Shown here piece by piece: positions 9,253 through 19,500 of a stretch of 64,000 nucleotides of DNA. Source of the DNA: a virus; the IMG/VR virus record IMGVR_UViG_3300042290_000544, one strand, 5' to 3'. The position numbers were made by a program, and so were the translations under genes. The notes below the pieces were generated by a model, which was not told the DNA's origin, did no database searches, and saw only the letters and a list, made by a program, of their open reading frames with translations. Each line of letters opens with the position of its first letter. Position 1 is the first letter of the stretch.

Positions 9253-9756
9253 TTAAACCGCTACACCCGTACGAAAACCTTTCACTATTGTATTCGTAAA
9301 TGTCGGGCTCACTCGGAGCTTTACAAGACCGCCTTCGATAATCGAAGAAAAAACACCTAAACTTAGATCAGTTTGAATTACGGCGTATTCTGTAGTGTAA
9401 ACTGTTGTACCATCTTGAAGCAACAGCAACTCGGTCGAGTGGAAGTCTGCTCCGTATGATAGCTGGAGAACGTATTTAATTGTACGGTATTCCGTAACCG
9501 GAAAGCTATCAATTAATTGATTCGCGGAACTCAGAATTAGTCCCTTTTCAAATGAGAAATTCTCTCCGGACCCCGAAAGAGAACTCGCGCGGAGTCTTAC
9601 AACCTCGTCAATTGCAAGACCCGTATCCTTACGACGCAAATAAACATAACCGTCTGCTGTATTAAGTGCCAATTCGCCAAGAGAAAGGTCTCCGATACTC
9701 GGAACCGCATCTCTTGTTGAACTTCTTCTGTGTTTTAGAATTGTGCCGACAGCCAT
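9253..9756 (-). CDS. virion structural protein
   Basis: LGELALNTADG N-terminal fibre motif plus IDSF..EYRTIKYVLQ..ELLLLQDGT..TEYA domain typical of aquatic T4-like structural genes. Confidence 0.65.
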   Translation of the reverse strand: MAVGTILKHRRSSTRDAVPSIGDLSLGELALNTADGYVYLRRKDTGLAIDEVVRLRASSLSGSGENFSFEKGLILSSANQLIDSFPVTEYRTIKYVLQLSYGADFHSTELLLLQDGTTVYTTEYAVIQTDLSLGVFSSIIEGGLVKLRVSPTFTNTIVKGFRTGVAV

Positions 9757-9777
9757 GGTATTGTATTATGTATAATG

Positions 9778-9810
9778 AAAAAATTGGGTCCCGCCGCGTG
9801 ACGGGACCCA
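9778..9810 (-). terminator. rho-independent terminator
   Basis: TGGGTCCCG/CGGGACCCA stem followed by ATTTTTT on the minus strand, after the 9821 gene. Confidence 0.85.
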
Positions 9811-9820
9811 GTGGGAAACC

Positions 9821-11659
9821 TTAGTAGGTTCCGCCGTCAATAATGTCGGAAACTTCTGGATGACCTTCAGCATTAATCTGAAGGATACCAACACTTCCAT
9901 TAACGGACGTGTAGGTAACAAAGTCCAGAGCCGGAGCAACGCCGGTAGAACCTTCCGTAGTAATTACGAAGGCATTACCAGTAAGAGCATCGAGTCCGGT
10001 ACCGCCAGAGGTAACCTCGAGCGGAGTAGTGCTGAGGGTAAGAGTTCCATCAACAGTAAGGTTACCACTTACGGTAACATTTGTTGTGGCTGCCCAACCT
10101 GCACTACCATTGGTAATACCGAATACAATTTCGCCGGTGTCGGAATTAACAATTAGATCACCAGTAGTTGTGGTGATTGTATTGAGTGTACCGTCGCCGC
10201 CAAGTTTAATGTTTCCAACTTCGGAAACAACAACATAGAGGCCATTAAATTCTGCATCACCCCAAGGTGTAGTGAATTCATTTACGCCGGAGCCTGAGGT
10301 GCCGCTTGAACCGGTTTCAGTTTGAAATACAAAGCGTTTGCTTTGCATATCCATACCGAAGAAGCCTTCCTTCACTACGCCACCTTGGCCATAGTAGAAA
10401 GCAATACCGCGGTCATTTGCATCGCCACCAGCAGTTGCATTTGAAGCAAGTTCCATTACCGGATCGGTAAGGGTGGTGACGGTTGTATTTACCTGAGTTG
10501 TGCTACCATTGACGGTAAGGTTACCAGCAACAATAAGGTTATGGTTAACAACGGTATCACCGGTGCCGGCACCGATGCTGATAGAAGTGGCTGCACCGAA
10601 GGCGCTTACCGCGGTCGCCGTATCATTGAATAGATCAATTTGTGCGGTACCAGCAACGATTGCGTCATTGATTGTTGGGCTATTGTTGAATACAAGCTTT
10701 GCACCAGAGTTGTCGGTATCGTAACCGGTCTCATCGGTAATAACTCCTGCAAGTTCTGCAGAAGATGTGGCAGTAAAGAAATCAAGTTTGTCGGCGTCTG
10801 TTGCAACAGTTTCATCAATTGCGACTGAAACATTTACATTGCCGCCACTGTCGAGAGCAATAGTGACATCAATACCGTCGCCGCCAATGAAGTCAAGTGA
10901 CTTATTGAGGATGTCGAGGCTTGCGGTTGATGCAAAGTCTCCGTTGATTTCAATTGCGGTAGAAACCGATACGGTATGAATTGCGGTAACAAGACCCTTT
11001 TCGTTAACAGTAATAACCGGAATTGCACCAGCATTACCGTATTCGCCTGCTGCGGTACCAAGTACAGTCGCAAGAGTCAGTTCGCCGGTATTGTCAATTG
11101 TGGCATCGCCGTCAATTGATTGATTCTTCCATTGTTCGGCACCGTTGTCGTAAATGAGAACCTGTGCATCACCAAGACCGCTACCATTAATTTGAACATC
11201 TCCGAGGTTATTGAGGAAAATGTTTGAACCATCGGTAATAGCATCGAAGACAGCTCTTGCTGTTGGAAGTTCGGTGTCAAGTGATTGATAATCAAGACCC
11301 GAGGTAATGATTGCCGTTACGGTTTGGTTAGAATTACCAGTGGTACCAAGTTGAAGACCTCCCGTCTTGATATTAGTAACCCAGCTGTTAACATCAACAA
11401 GGATTGCAGAATCCGCGGTAAGGGTACCACGGGTATGATCCATCATGTCGGTAAAATACTTACCGCCGATGACTACCGGATCGACATTAGGAGTTCCGAA
11501 GCCGATGTAGAGTTTATCGCCACCAGCGCCAAGACCAGAATCGGTATGAGCTAGGAATGAATAAGCTAATTCACCTTGTTTAAGTACGTTTGTACCTGGT
11601 TGACCATTAGCGGTACTGTAACGTGTGAGGAGTGTTGTTCCTTTAACTGGAGTTGACAT
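9821..11659 (-). CDS. virion structural / fibre protein
   Basis: 612 aa; LKQGELAYS, GDKLYIG, VIGGKYFTD, GNLTVNGSTTQVN..LTDP, DRGI motifs and C-terminal IDGGTY. Confidence 0.7.
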   Translation of the reverse strand: MSTPVKGTTLLTRYSTANGQPGTNVLKQGELAYSFLAHTDSGLGAGGDKLYIGFGTPNVDPVVIGGKYFTDMMDHTRGTLTADSAILVDVNSWVTNIKTGGLQLGTTGNSNQTVTAIITSGLDYQSLDTELPTARAVFDAITDGSNIFLNNLGDVQINGSGLGDAQVLIYDNGAEQWKNQSIDGDATIDNTGELTLATVLGTAAGEYGNAGAIPVITVNEKGLVTAIHTVSVSTAIEINGDFASTASLDILNKSLDFIGGDGIDVTIALDSGGNVNVSVAIDETVATDADKLDFFTATSSAELAGVITDETGYDTDNSGAKLVFNNSPTINDAIVAGTAQIDLFNDTATAVSAFGAATSISIGAGTGDTVVNHNLIVAGNLTVNGSTTQVNTTVTTLTDPVMELASNATAGGDANDRGIAFYYGQGGVVKEGFFGMDMQSKRFVFQTETGSSGTSGSGVNEFTTPWGDAEFNGLYVVVSEVGNIKLGGDGTLNTITTTTGDLIVNSDTGEIVFGITNGSAGWAATTNVTVSGNLTVDGTLTLSTTPLEVTSGGTGLDALTGNAFVITTEGSTGVAPALDFVTYTSVNGSVGILQINAEGHPEVSDIIDGGTY

Positions 11660-11678
11660 AATTTTTAAGAATTAAAGA

Positions 11679-11897
11679 TTAAAAGTAACCACCGCTAACG
11701 ATTGTGTTAGGGTTGTTGGCTTCTGTTGTAGCTACGAATTTGTGGCGGGTGCCGTTGTAAATGAGCAGGGCTCCATCCGATGCTTGGGATAGATCCATGT
11801 CAGATAGTTCTGCGAGCGAGATAGGTTTGCCGAGGGCTACAACTTTAGCTTGTATACCCGGATTAAGTGCAACTGTTGCTCTGATTGGTTGACTCAT
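11679..11897 (-). CDS. small virion structural protein
   Basis: LAELSDMD..DGALLIYN motif and C-terminal GGYF; sits in the structural cluster. Confidence 0.6.
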   Translation of the reverse strand: MSQPIRATVALNPGIQAKVVALGKPISLAELSDMDLSQASDGALLIYNGTRHKFVATTEANNPNTIVSGGYF

Positions 11898-11898
11898 G

Positions 11899-12243
11899 TT
11901 AGACTATTGGTTGAGTGACTCCTGGAGTAATTTCCACTTGTCCTTCTACTACACGTGTAACACTACCCGAAACATCATGAACAATCTCTACGTCATAAAC
12001 GTAGCGACCAGGCTTCATTATCCGCGTCTGTTCGTTTGTTAATGAAATTATAAGTGTGCCGGATTCTTCGGATTGAACTGCAGCTTCAAAATCTATTGCA
12101 GTGAGCGAAGTATATGTCTTCCGGATCTGTCCTCTGGCGCTGTAACCATCAAGATTCACGACTAAACCATCTCCGCCTTCAACGGTAATAGTAGAAGAAA
12201 AGTCGGAACCCTGATCGATTGAAATGTTTGCAAATACTGCCAT
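11899..12243 (-). CDS. virion structural protein (BppU-N-like fold)
   Basis: ANISIDQGSDF...GRYVYDVEI...TRVVEGQVEITPGVT, a conserved T4-like structural family. Confidence 0.7.
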   Translation of the reverse strand: MAVFANISIDQGSDFSSTITVEGGDGLVVNLDGYSARGQIRKTYTSLTAIDFEAAVQSEESGTLIISLTNEQTRIMKPGRYVYDVEIVHDVSGSVTRVVEGQVEITPGVTQPIV

Positions 12244-12253
12244 GGATTGCTTC

Positions 12254-12261
12254 TATTTATA
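12254..12261 (-). promoter_or_regulatory. T4 late promoter TATAAATA
   Basis: Exact consensus 10 nt before the ATG at 12243. Confidence 0.85.
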
Positions 12262-12280
12262 TTAATAATTTATTGATCAA

Positions 12281-13246
12281 TTAGAACGTAATACTGCCCG
12301 AACCACTTGTCCATTTGTAGATTTTTCTACCATTGGCAATGGTGAGAGTAAATGATCCAGATACCGATGCTGCATTCGAATATTGTTGAGGATATGATAT
12401 AATCACAACACCGGCTGCACCGCTACTTCCGAGGACGAGACCATCACCTTCTTGACCAGGCGCTCCACCGCCACCGCCGCCTTGATTTGCAAATGGTGTG
12501 CCCGCCGCGGCGCCCGCCCCGGCGCCGCTTCCTCCGCTACCACCACCCGCGCCGCCGCTGTTACTATAACCACCGCCACCGCCGCCACCGCCGTATGTTA
12601 GCGATGTTCCACTAATACTCGTAACTAATCCGTTGCCACCATTTCCTCCTAATGTCGTTCCATATTCTATGAAAGAAGCAGCAGAAGTTGCTCCGCCACC
12701 ACCGCCGGCAGCAAAACCAGTCCCAGCGGCACCATTGTTACCTTGACCCGGAGTACCCAGACCTCCTGGGAACTGAAAAAGTGCAGTGCCGCCGCCCGAG
12801 CCACCATCTATTCCGCCGTCATTTCCGAAAGAACCAGCGCCACCACCAATTGTCACAATTGATGCAAAGCTTGAATTTTGTCCAGAAGTCGCATTGACCT
12901 CTGGAACAGCTGTCGCACGAGTACCTCCGCCACCGACGGTTATATTATAGGTAGTACCAGCCGATACCGAATAATCGGAAGTATATATGACACCACCACC
13001 GCCACCACCGCCGCCAGCAAAACTGGATCTGCCTGCGCCTCCGCCGCCGCCTGCAACAACCAAGACATCAAACAACGGTGTTCTATTACTCTTTCCGAGT
13101 AATTCAGAAAACTTAACATCTCCTGTCGGTTGTCCGGCTAATGTTCGTACGGCGTCCGATAACATTGAAATAGACAAATTTGACGCTATACCAAGTTCAT
13201 CACGAATCTCAAATGCCGAAAGAGGAAATTGTGTGCGTAGTGCCAT
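12281..13246 (-). CDS. glycine-rich tail-fibre tip adhesin (T2 gp38-like arrangement)
   Basis: Poly-Gly motifs (LVVAGGGGG, GGGGGG, GVVIISYP); lies directly after a fibre with an S74 chaperone. Confidence 0.7.
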   Translation of the reverse strand: MALRTQFPLSAFEIRDELGIASNLSISMLSDAVRTLAGQPTGDVKFSELLGKSNRTPLFDVLVVAGGGGGAGRSSFAGGGGGGGGVIYTSDYSVSAGTTYNITVGGGGTRATAVPEVNATSGQNSSFASIVTIGGGAGSFGNDGGIDGGSGGGTALFQFPGGLGTPGQGNNGAAGTGFAAGGGGGATSAASFIEYGTTLGGNGGNGLVTSISGTSLTYGGGGGGGGYSNSGGAGGGSGGSGAGAGAAAGTPFANQGGGGGGAPGQEGDGLVLGSSGAAGVVIISYPQQYSNAASVSGSFTLTIANGRKIYKWTSGSGSITF

Positions 13247-13247
13247 A

Positions 13248-16200
13248 TTACTTCTTTAATTGAGCTTCAAGACTTTCAACTTTTGCGTTGAGACCTTTGA
13301 TCGCTTCAATGAGAAGCGGAACCATCTTGGCATAATCAACCGTCATATACGATTCATCAACCGGAGCATCCCTAATAACTTCCGGAAGAACCTTAAGAAC
13401 TTCTTGAGCAGAAACACCAACTCGTTGACCTTTATTTACAAGACCCAATTGTTGAGCAGTCTTGTTGTGTGTATAATAGAATCCATTGAGTTGAAGAACT
13501 TTATTCAGAGCATCAGGAATGTTCCCAAAACGAGTCTTGAGTCGATCATCCGAAGTTCCAGCAGTAATGTCACCAACCGCGGTAATATAACCTCCGCAAA
13601 CAATATTGCTACTTGTATTAACAGTAGTTGCACTTACAGTTCCGCCGCTTTGATTTGTTGCGGTTCCGGCAGATGTTGCAAATGTGCAAGATCCGGCAGA
13701 TGTGATAAATCCTGAAGGGTTTGTGCTATTGTAAGGAGTGTAACCAAGTGCAGAAGTTACATTTCCGCTTGTAATACCTGAAATATAACCGTTTGGATTG
13801 GTGCTATTGTAAGGAGTGAAACCAAGCGCCGTTGTAACATTACCGCTTGTAATACCTGAAATATAGCCGTTTGGATTTGTGTTATTGTAAGGGGTGAAAC
13901 CAAGTGCAGAAGTTACATTTCCGCTTGTGATACCTGTGATGTAACCTCTTGTAGTTACATAGGTTTCAGTTGCATAGCCTCTTGTAGTTACATAGGTTTC
14001 AGTTGCATAACCCGCAAGAGCTGCAGAACTAATATAACCGTTTGGATTGGTGCTATTGTAAGGAGTGTAACCAAGCGCCGTTGTAATCGATGAAAAAGTT
14101 TGAGCCGGAACTTGAGCAGCAGTAATGTAACCTCTTGAAGTTACATATGACTCTGTTGCATAAGGTAATGCAGAAGTACCGACCGCCGTCACGTGCCCGA
14201 AAGCATCAACAGTAATCGAGCTAATACCGTTACCGCCCTGAGCGCCACTCAAAGTCGAAGTAGAACTGTGTGATATGGTAATGGCGCCCGTAGATGTATT
14301 TACTGAAATGCCGGTACCACCAGCAGCCGAAGTAACGCCTGCATTTGTAAGGGTAACAGAACCACCCAGTGATACAGCTCCGCCGCCGCTAAGACCTGTA
14401 CCAGCCGATACGGTAACAGAACTATTTGTCAATTTGCTGTTAGCAATTGAACCAGCCAACATCGCATTCGTAACAGTTTGAGAATCACCAGTTGTTACAA
14501 CAGTTCCTGTAGTTGCTGGAAGAGTAATAACAACGCCGGAACCTGCTGCAGCAGTTGCCTTAAGATTCAGTTGACCACTCGACGAACCGGAGAAATTTGC
14601 CCCTGCGCCGCCAATTAATGGAGTGGTAAGCGAAGGTGACGTAAGAGGAAGATTAGCTCTTGCTGTGGTACCGACCGACGCGGTATATGTACCAGCTGCC
14701 AACTCTGCCAATGTTACAGATGCGGTACCGGTCACATCGCCCGTAAGAGTTACCGTAACAACTGGAGAAGGTTTACCCGTAATACCCGACCAAGCAGGAA
14801 CATAATTTGTTGAAGTAATATCAGTAACACCTTCAATTTTAAGATTACCTTTAATCACAACATCACCCGATGATGCATCATACGTGAATGCCTTATTTAC
14901 GGGACTAGTGGGACCAGCAGTAAAATTACCCGTGGAACTTAAGGTTCCAGAAAATACACCATTGGTTGCAGTAATAGAAGAAGCTCCTAAATTAATGCCA
15001 GTAGCCGATAAGGTTCCTGCAACAACGGTATCACCAGTCGAAGCGTTAACAGTAAATTTATTAGAGCCAACAACAAAATTACCAGTCGAGGTTAATGCAG
15101 TGGAAACTGTAATTAAACCGTTTGTTACGGTTAATCTAGACCACTCAACAGTTGCCGCATTATTCGTGAATTGGATAAGTGCTGCAGCATTTGTTGAATC
15201 GGCGGCTGCTCTTAAAGCAAAACCATTAGCCAATACTGTTGTACCTTGTAACCCCGTCGAAAAGGATCCTATACCACTTACCGATAGAGTTCCATTAACA
15301 GATGTATTTCCGGCAGATACTGTTCCAGAAAATACACCACTTGTCGCAGATAAAGCTGCAATCGTTGATTGGCCAGTAACTCCTAAAGTACCAGAAAATG
15401 TACCACTCGTTGCGGATAGAGCTCCAATGGTTGTTTGACCAGTAACACCCAAGGTTCCGGCAATAAGAGTATTACCACTTGAGGCGGCAACCGTAAATTT
15501 ATTAGTATTGACCGCAATATTACTTGTAGAACCTAATGTGAGTAAACCGCCCAGAGTTGTATTACCGGAAATGCCTACGGTACCACTGAATAACGTATTA
15601 CCAGAAAATGTTTTGTTTCCGTTAAATGTGATGCTATCATCCTTTAATTCATTTACGGCATTTACTAAAATCTTTGAAGAAGTAACAAGGTTTTCGACAA
15701 TACCAATATCAGACTGATGTTCATTTAAAGAAGCAACGACATCTCTGTTAAAACTCTTTAATTGTTTTGATACTGATGGAGAAGCCTGGACAATATTTTC
15801 ACCGGAATCCGATGAGTTATTTAAAATGACTCCGATTAATTGGCGGGTTGTTCCACCCTGAACAATATTTTCTGGAGGAGAAGATTGAAATGCACTGGTA
15901 ATGTTATAGATTACCAGGGTGCTATCAACGGAATTGAATGAAAATACCTTTGCGGTTGCTCCTGAAATTGAACCTGTAATTGTGGCTCCTGGAGTATAGG
16001 ATCCAGAACCATTCACGACCGACATATAGGACTTCTGAACACTACGATCAATAAAGGTACCAGCAGAAACATTTTTAACAGTCAGAATTGTACCATTAAT
16101 AGAAACAACGGTGGCTGTTACACCAGATAGCGAACCAGTAACAACCTGACCAGCCACATAATTGCCGGTTTCAGTAAGAGTGATTGTCTTGTTAATTAGG

Positions 16201-16301
16201 TTTGAATCAAGTGCCGAAGTCGTACCAATATCGGCAGAAATGGTATTGCTTTTTTGGCGCCATGTTTCAAATGTATCTGTGCGTAGGACTTCGGTTGGCA
16301 T
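13248..16301 (-). CDS. long tail fibre with C-terminal peptidase S74 chaperone
   Basis: 1017 aa; N-terminal DTFETWRQKSN, Ser/Thr/Gly-rich repeats, and SDDRLK...GVSAQEV...VDYAKMVPLLIEAIK. Confidence 0.85.
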   Translation of the reverse strand: MPTEVLRTDTFETWRQKSNTISADIGTTSALDSNLINKTITLTETGNYVAGQVVTGSLSGVTATVVSINGTILTVKNVSAGTFIDRSVQKSYMSVVNGSGSYTPGATITGSISGATAKVFSFNSVDSTLVIYNITSAFQSSPPENIVQGGTTRQLIGVILNNSSDSGENIVQASPSVSKQLKSFNRDVVASLNEHQSDIGIVENLVTSSKILVNAVNELKDDSITFNGNKTFSGNTLFSGTVGISGNTTLGGLLTLGSTSNIAVNTNKFTVAASSGNTLIAGTLGVTGQTTIGALSATSGTFSGTLGVTGQSTIAALSATSGVFSGTVSAGNTSVNGTLSVSGIGSFSTGLQGTTVLANGFALRAAADSTNAAALIQFTNNAATVEWSRLTVTNGLITVSTALTSTGNFVVGSNKFTVNASTGDTVVAGTLSATGINLGASSITATNGVFSGTLSSTGNFTAGPTSPVNKAFTYDASSGDVVIKGNLKIEGVTDITSTNYVPAWSGITGKPSPVVTVTLTGDVTGTASVTLAELAAGTYTASVGTTARANLPLTSPSLTTPLIGGAGANFSGSSSGQLNLKATAAAGSGVVITLPATTGTVVTTGDSQTVTNAMLAGSIANSKLTNSSVTVSAGTGLSGGGAVSLGGSVTLTNAGVTSAAGGTGISVNTSTGAITISHSSTSTLSGAQGGNGISSITVDAFGHVTAVGTSALPYATESYVTSRGYITAAQVPAQTFSSITTALGYTPYNSTNPNGYISSAALAGYATETYVTTRGYATETYVTTRGYITGITSGNVTSALGFTPYNNTNPNGYISGITSGNVTTALGFTPYNSTNPNGYISGITSGNVTSALGYTPYNSTNPSGFITSAGSCTFATSAGTATNQSGGTVSATTVNTSSNIVCGGYITAVGDITAGTSDDRLKTRFGNIPDALNKVLQLNGFYYTHNKTAQQLGLVNKGQRVGVSAQEVLKVLPEVIRDAPVDESYMTVDYAKMVPLLIEAIKGLNAKVESLEAQLKK
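13705..14162 (-). repeat. intragenic tandem repeats (78-bp and 33-bp units) in tail fibre
   Basis: ITSGNVT(S/T)ALG(F/Y)TPYN(S/N)TNP.GYISG three times plus a partial copy; GYATETYVTTR twice plus a variant. Confidence 0.85.
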
Positions 16302-16309
16302 GATGTTCT

Positions 16310-16531
16310 TTATCTTAAAGCTATAAGGGAATTAACAAGTTCTTTGAGCGCCTGAACTTCAGATTTTAGGGTCTGAAGTTCTTCTTCTTTTTTCTTACTT
16401 GCATTTTTATATGCAAGACGTTTTGAGTATTCTGTATGGTTTCTATTTATTACAGCCTTTGTTGACATATCCCGCTCAAACATGGGATTGTCAATAACCG
16501 TAGCACGAGTTGCAGATGAAGGTTTATTCAT
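16310..16531 (-). CDS. small conserved protein downstream of VrlC
   Basis: RDMSTKAVIN motif plus C-terminal coiled coil; stop/start overlap with VrlC. Confidence 0.65.
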   Translation of the reverse strand: MNKPSSATRATVIDNPMFERDMSTKAVINRNHTEYSKRLAYKNASKKKEEELQTLKSEVQALKELVNSLIALR

Positions 16532-19500
16532 TAGGTAACTGCAACCGCTCTGAAGTCACGAAGGGTTGGAATTTGAGACGAATTAGATGAGATGAATACG
16601 ACCTTAATTGCAAAGGCAGTAAAGTTACCGTCGAGTTCATCTACATTGTCGCCGATCGTGTATTCGATTTCAAGATAATTATTTGGATCATCGGATATTG
16701 GAATTTCAGCATCAGGCTGTCCTTCCTTCCACCCAAGGGCTTCAAAGTCCACGTCAGGGTGATATGCGACCTTATAATATACCTTAATGTCGGATGCTGC
16801 CGGACGATTTGCCAAGAAATAGATCTTGAGGGCGGAAGCCGGATCATTCAGTTCAACCTTACGGGTAATGTACTTTGCAAGTGCCGAACCGCCAACCGAA
16901 GTTTCTTCGGAGATTGGGTTACGGACCTCATTTTCATCATCGCCCAGGGTGCTTCCGCTGCTTGGGATATATGGGTTGTCAATACGGTTTGAAATCGTAA
17001 TGAGTGATAGACGATCAAGGTCAATCACCGGAGAAATGTTATTTCTGAGACTTACCAGAGTGCCCTCCAGAATAAAACTGTTATTGAGACCTGGTATATT
17101 GGTTCTTTCTGGTTCGGATAGAATGACCCGTGGTGTAGTAAAGAATGTATTATCGTTTACCTTAACGTAAGGTGCATCTTCTGAGGCTACCAATTCGCCG
17201 AATGATTCACCACCGGCAAGGGATTTACCCTGGGTCGTCTGAACACTCCAGTAAAGATCGGTATCGGGAAGAATGAGTTGTTGTACAATAGGATTCAGAA
17301 CATCGAACATTCTGTTTTCTGTTGCGACAACTGCCGATCCGCCGGAAAGCCCACTTGAGGTAGCGGAAGTTGTCGCGACGGTAATGACGTAACTGTCAAT
17401 TTCAACATCGCTTACGGTGTGTGTTTTATTTAATTCAATGATAGGAATACCATTGACCGCAGATGTAATCCCAGAAATCGTCACCTTTGAACCATTTGTG
17501 TGCCCGTGGTTCTTATGGAATACAATAACATCTCTGCTTGAGCTTGTTGTGGTCAATGGATTTACCTTTAATGCTCTCGATGGAAGCGGTAATTCATTCA
17601 GAACAACAGTGCCGGTCGAATAGAATACAGCACGATTCATTACGAATTTGATGTCTCTTGTTTGATCCGGTGTCCATGTTGAAGCATTTTGGGACTTAAA
17701 CATAACACCCAAATGCGGTTGGCTTGTAATACGGAAGGCTGGATTTGTAATATCATATCCACCAACTTCCGATACCCAAACTTTATATTTGTCCGAGTTG
17801 GAGATAAGAACGAAACAGTATTCAACACCCTGAAGAAGATGAACCGGAGCTTCAAAATTAAAGCGTGTCGGTACAGTTGCATCTTCCGAAACAAGAATAT
17901 TATCTGCAGAAGCCTTTACAACTGAGAAAGGTACAACCCGTGGGGTCGGAATACCATTCTCCATAACTCTAATGTCGAGAGTAATAGGGAGATTTTCATC
18001 TTTATCCTTAAAGTATAGATCCAGAGATGTAATAAATGCGCCACCTTGAAGGTCAATGAGGAAACTCTGTGCAAGAGGATCGACCCACTTAATTTGGTGT
18101 GCATCCTGACTAAACACATCCCAAACCCATGGTTCCGATGGCGGAACTAGAGTTGTTTCGGTCGGAGTATTATCTTCCTCGACAACTGGAATTACAATCG
18201 CTTCGGGTGGTGAGATAAGAGATTCCGTATCCGGTGGGACCTCGGTATAATCGGTATAAGTTGTTTCACCCGGAGGAACGGTCTCATCGACAATAACCGA
18301 TGGAGCTCCGACCGAATTATCCAACCAAGGCGGGGCTAAAAGCCACGTCCATGGTGCAGGAGGTGGTTGTACCTCTGGCGATGGTCCCACATTTGGTGTA
18401 GTTGTATTAGTATCTACCGGTGAAACAATTGTCGCGGGCGGTAAAGGTGATCTTTGAATATCAGTCTCCGACGATGTAGTCGAACGAGACGTATTTGAGA
18501 CCGTACGATTTTCACCAATTTGAGTTCGGGTAATGCGCGGAACCCGTGTTGAAACAACTACATTTTCTTTGGTTTCGAGAAGACCACGAGCATCGTAAAC
18601 GGCTTCTGCGCCTGTCGATTCTTTGACTCTATCGTTTGTTTCGCTATCGGTAAGACGGAAAATACGAACTCCAGTCTTAAATTTGACCGAACTTGTGCTC
18701 GGAATAATAAATGAACCGGCTATTCTTCCTGCTTCATCCGTTTCAAGGAGTGTGCCGGTTACATAATCGGGGTGTTGAGTCGCATTAATGTAATTGGTAT
18801 TATCGGTGCGTGAAGAATAAACTTGATATGCCTCCTCGTGGACATATTGGTCGACAAGAGTATTGTCAAAAAATGCATGTAGCTTTGTATTCGGCTTTAA
18901 ACCGTCCGCTCTGAAGTAAATCATGCGGGAACGAATAAAAGGAACAAAGTTGATTTCAACCGTACGGTCACCCATATCTGTTGTAACTGTATCCGGAACA
19001 ACCGAGGTACGGATACCGCTGCGAGCCTGTTCGGTGCGAGTGGTTGTAGTAAGTGTGGTTGTTGAAGTTCTCTTGTACGAATTGTAATCGTTATCAATAT
19101 TTGTAATTGCGGATTCCGAAGATACGCCGGTCCAATTATCCTGCCATTCGTTCCATACCGTACCGATGACACCATCTTCTTCTGCTCCGTAACGGAGAGA
19201 ATCATATGTTCCCGATTGGTCAATTACAACTTCCGGACGACGTTGGGTTTCCTTCCATTCATCTGATTCCGGAGAAAGTGTCATGTCGCCCTTCCACGTA
19301 AATACATTGTATGGATTTACAAATTCTGCCATAGAAGCATATGGCTGAGAGATAAGAGCTTGCTGAGTGTAATCAAGTGTAATTAATGAACTTGATTTTC
19401 TTACATTTGTTGTATTGCTCAGAGGAGATGAATTCCATGTAAGACGGACATTGTCCTGATGGAATGATGGGCGGAGACGACCGTTTGCTTTATCAATAGA

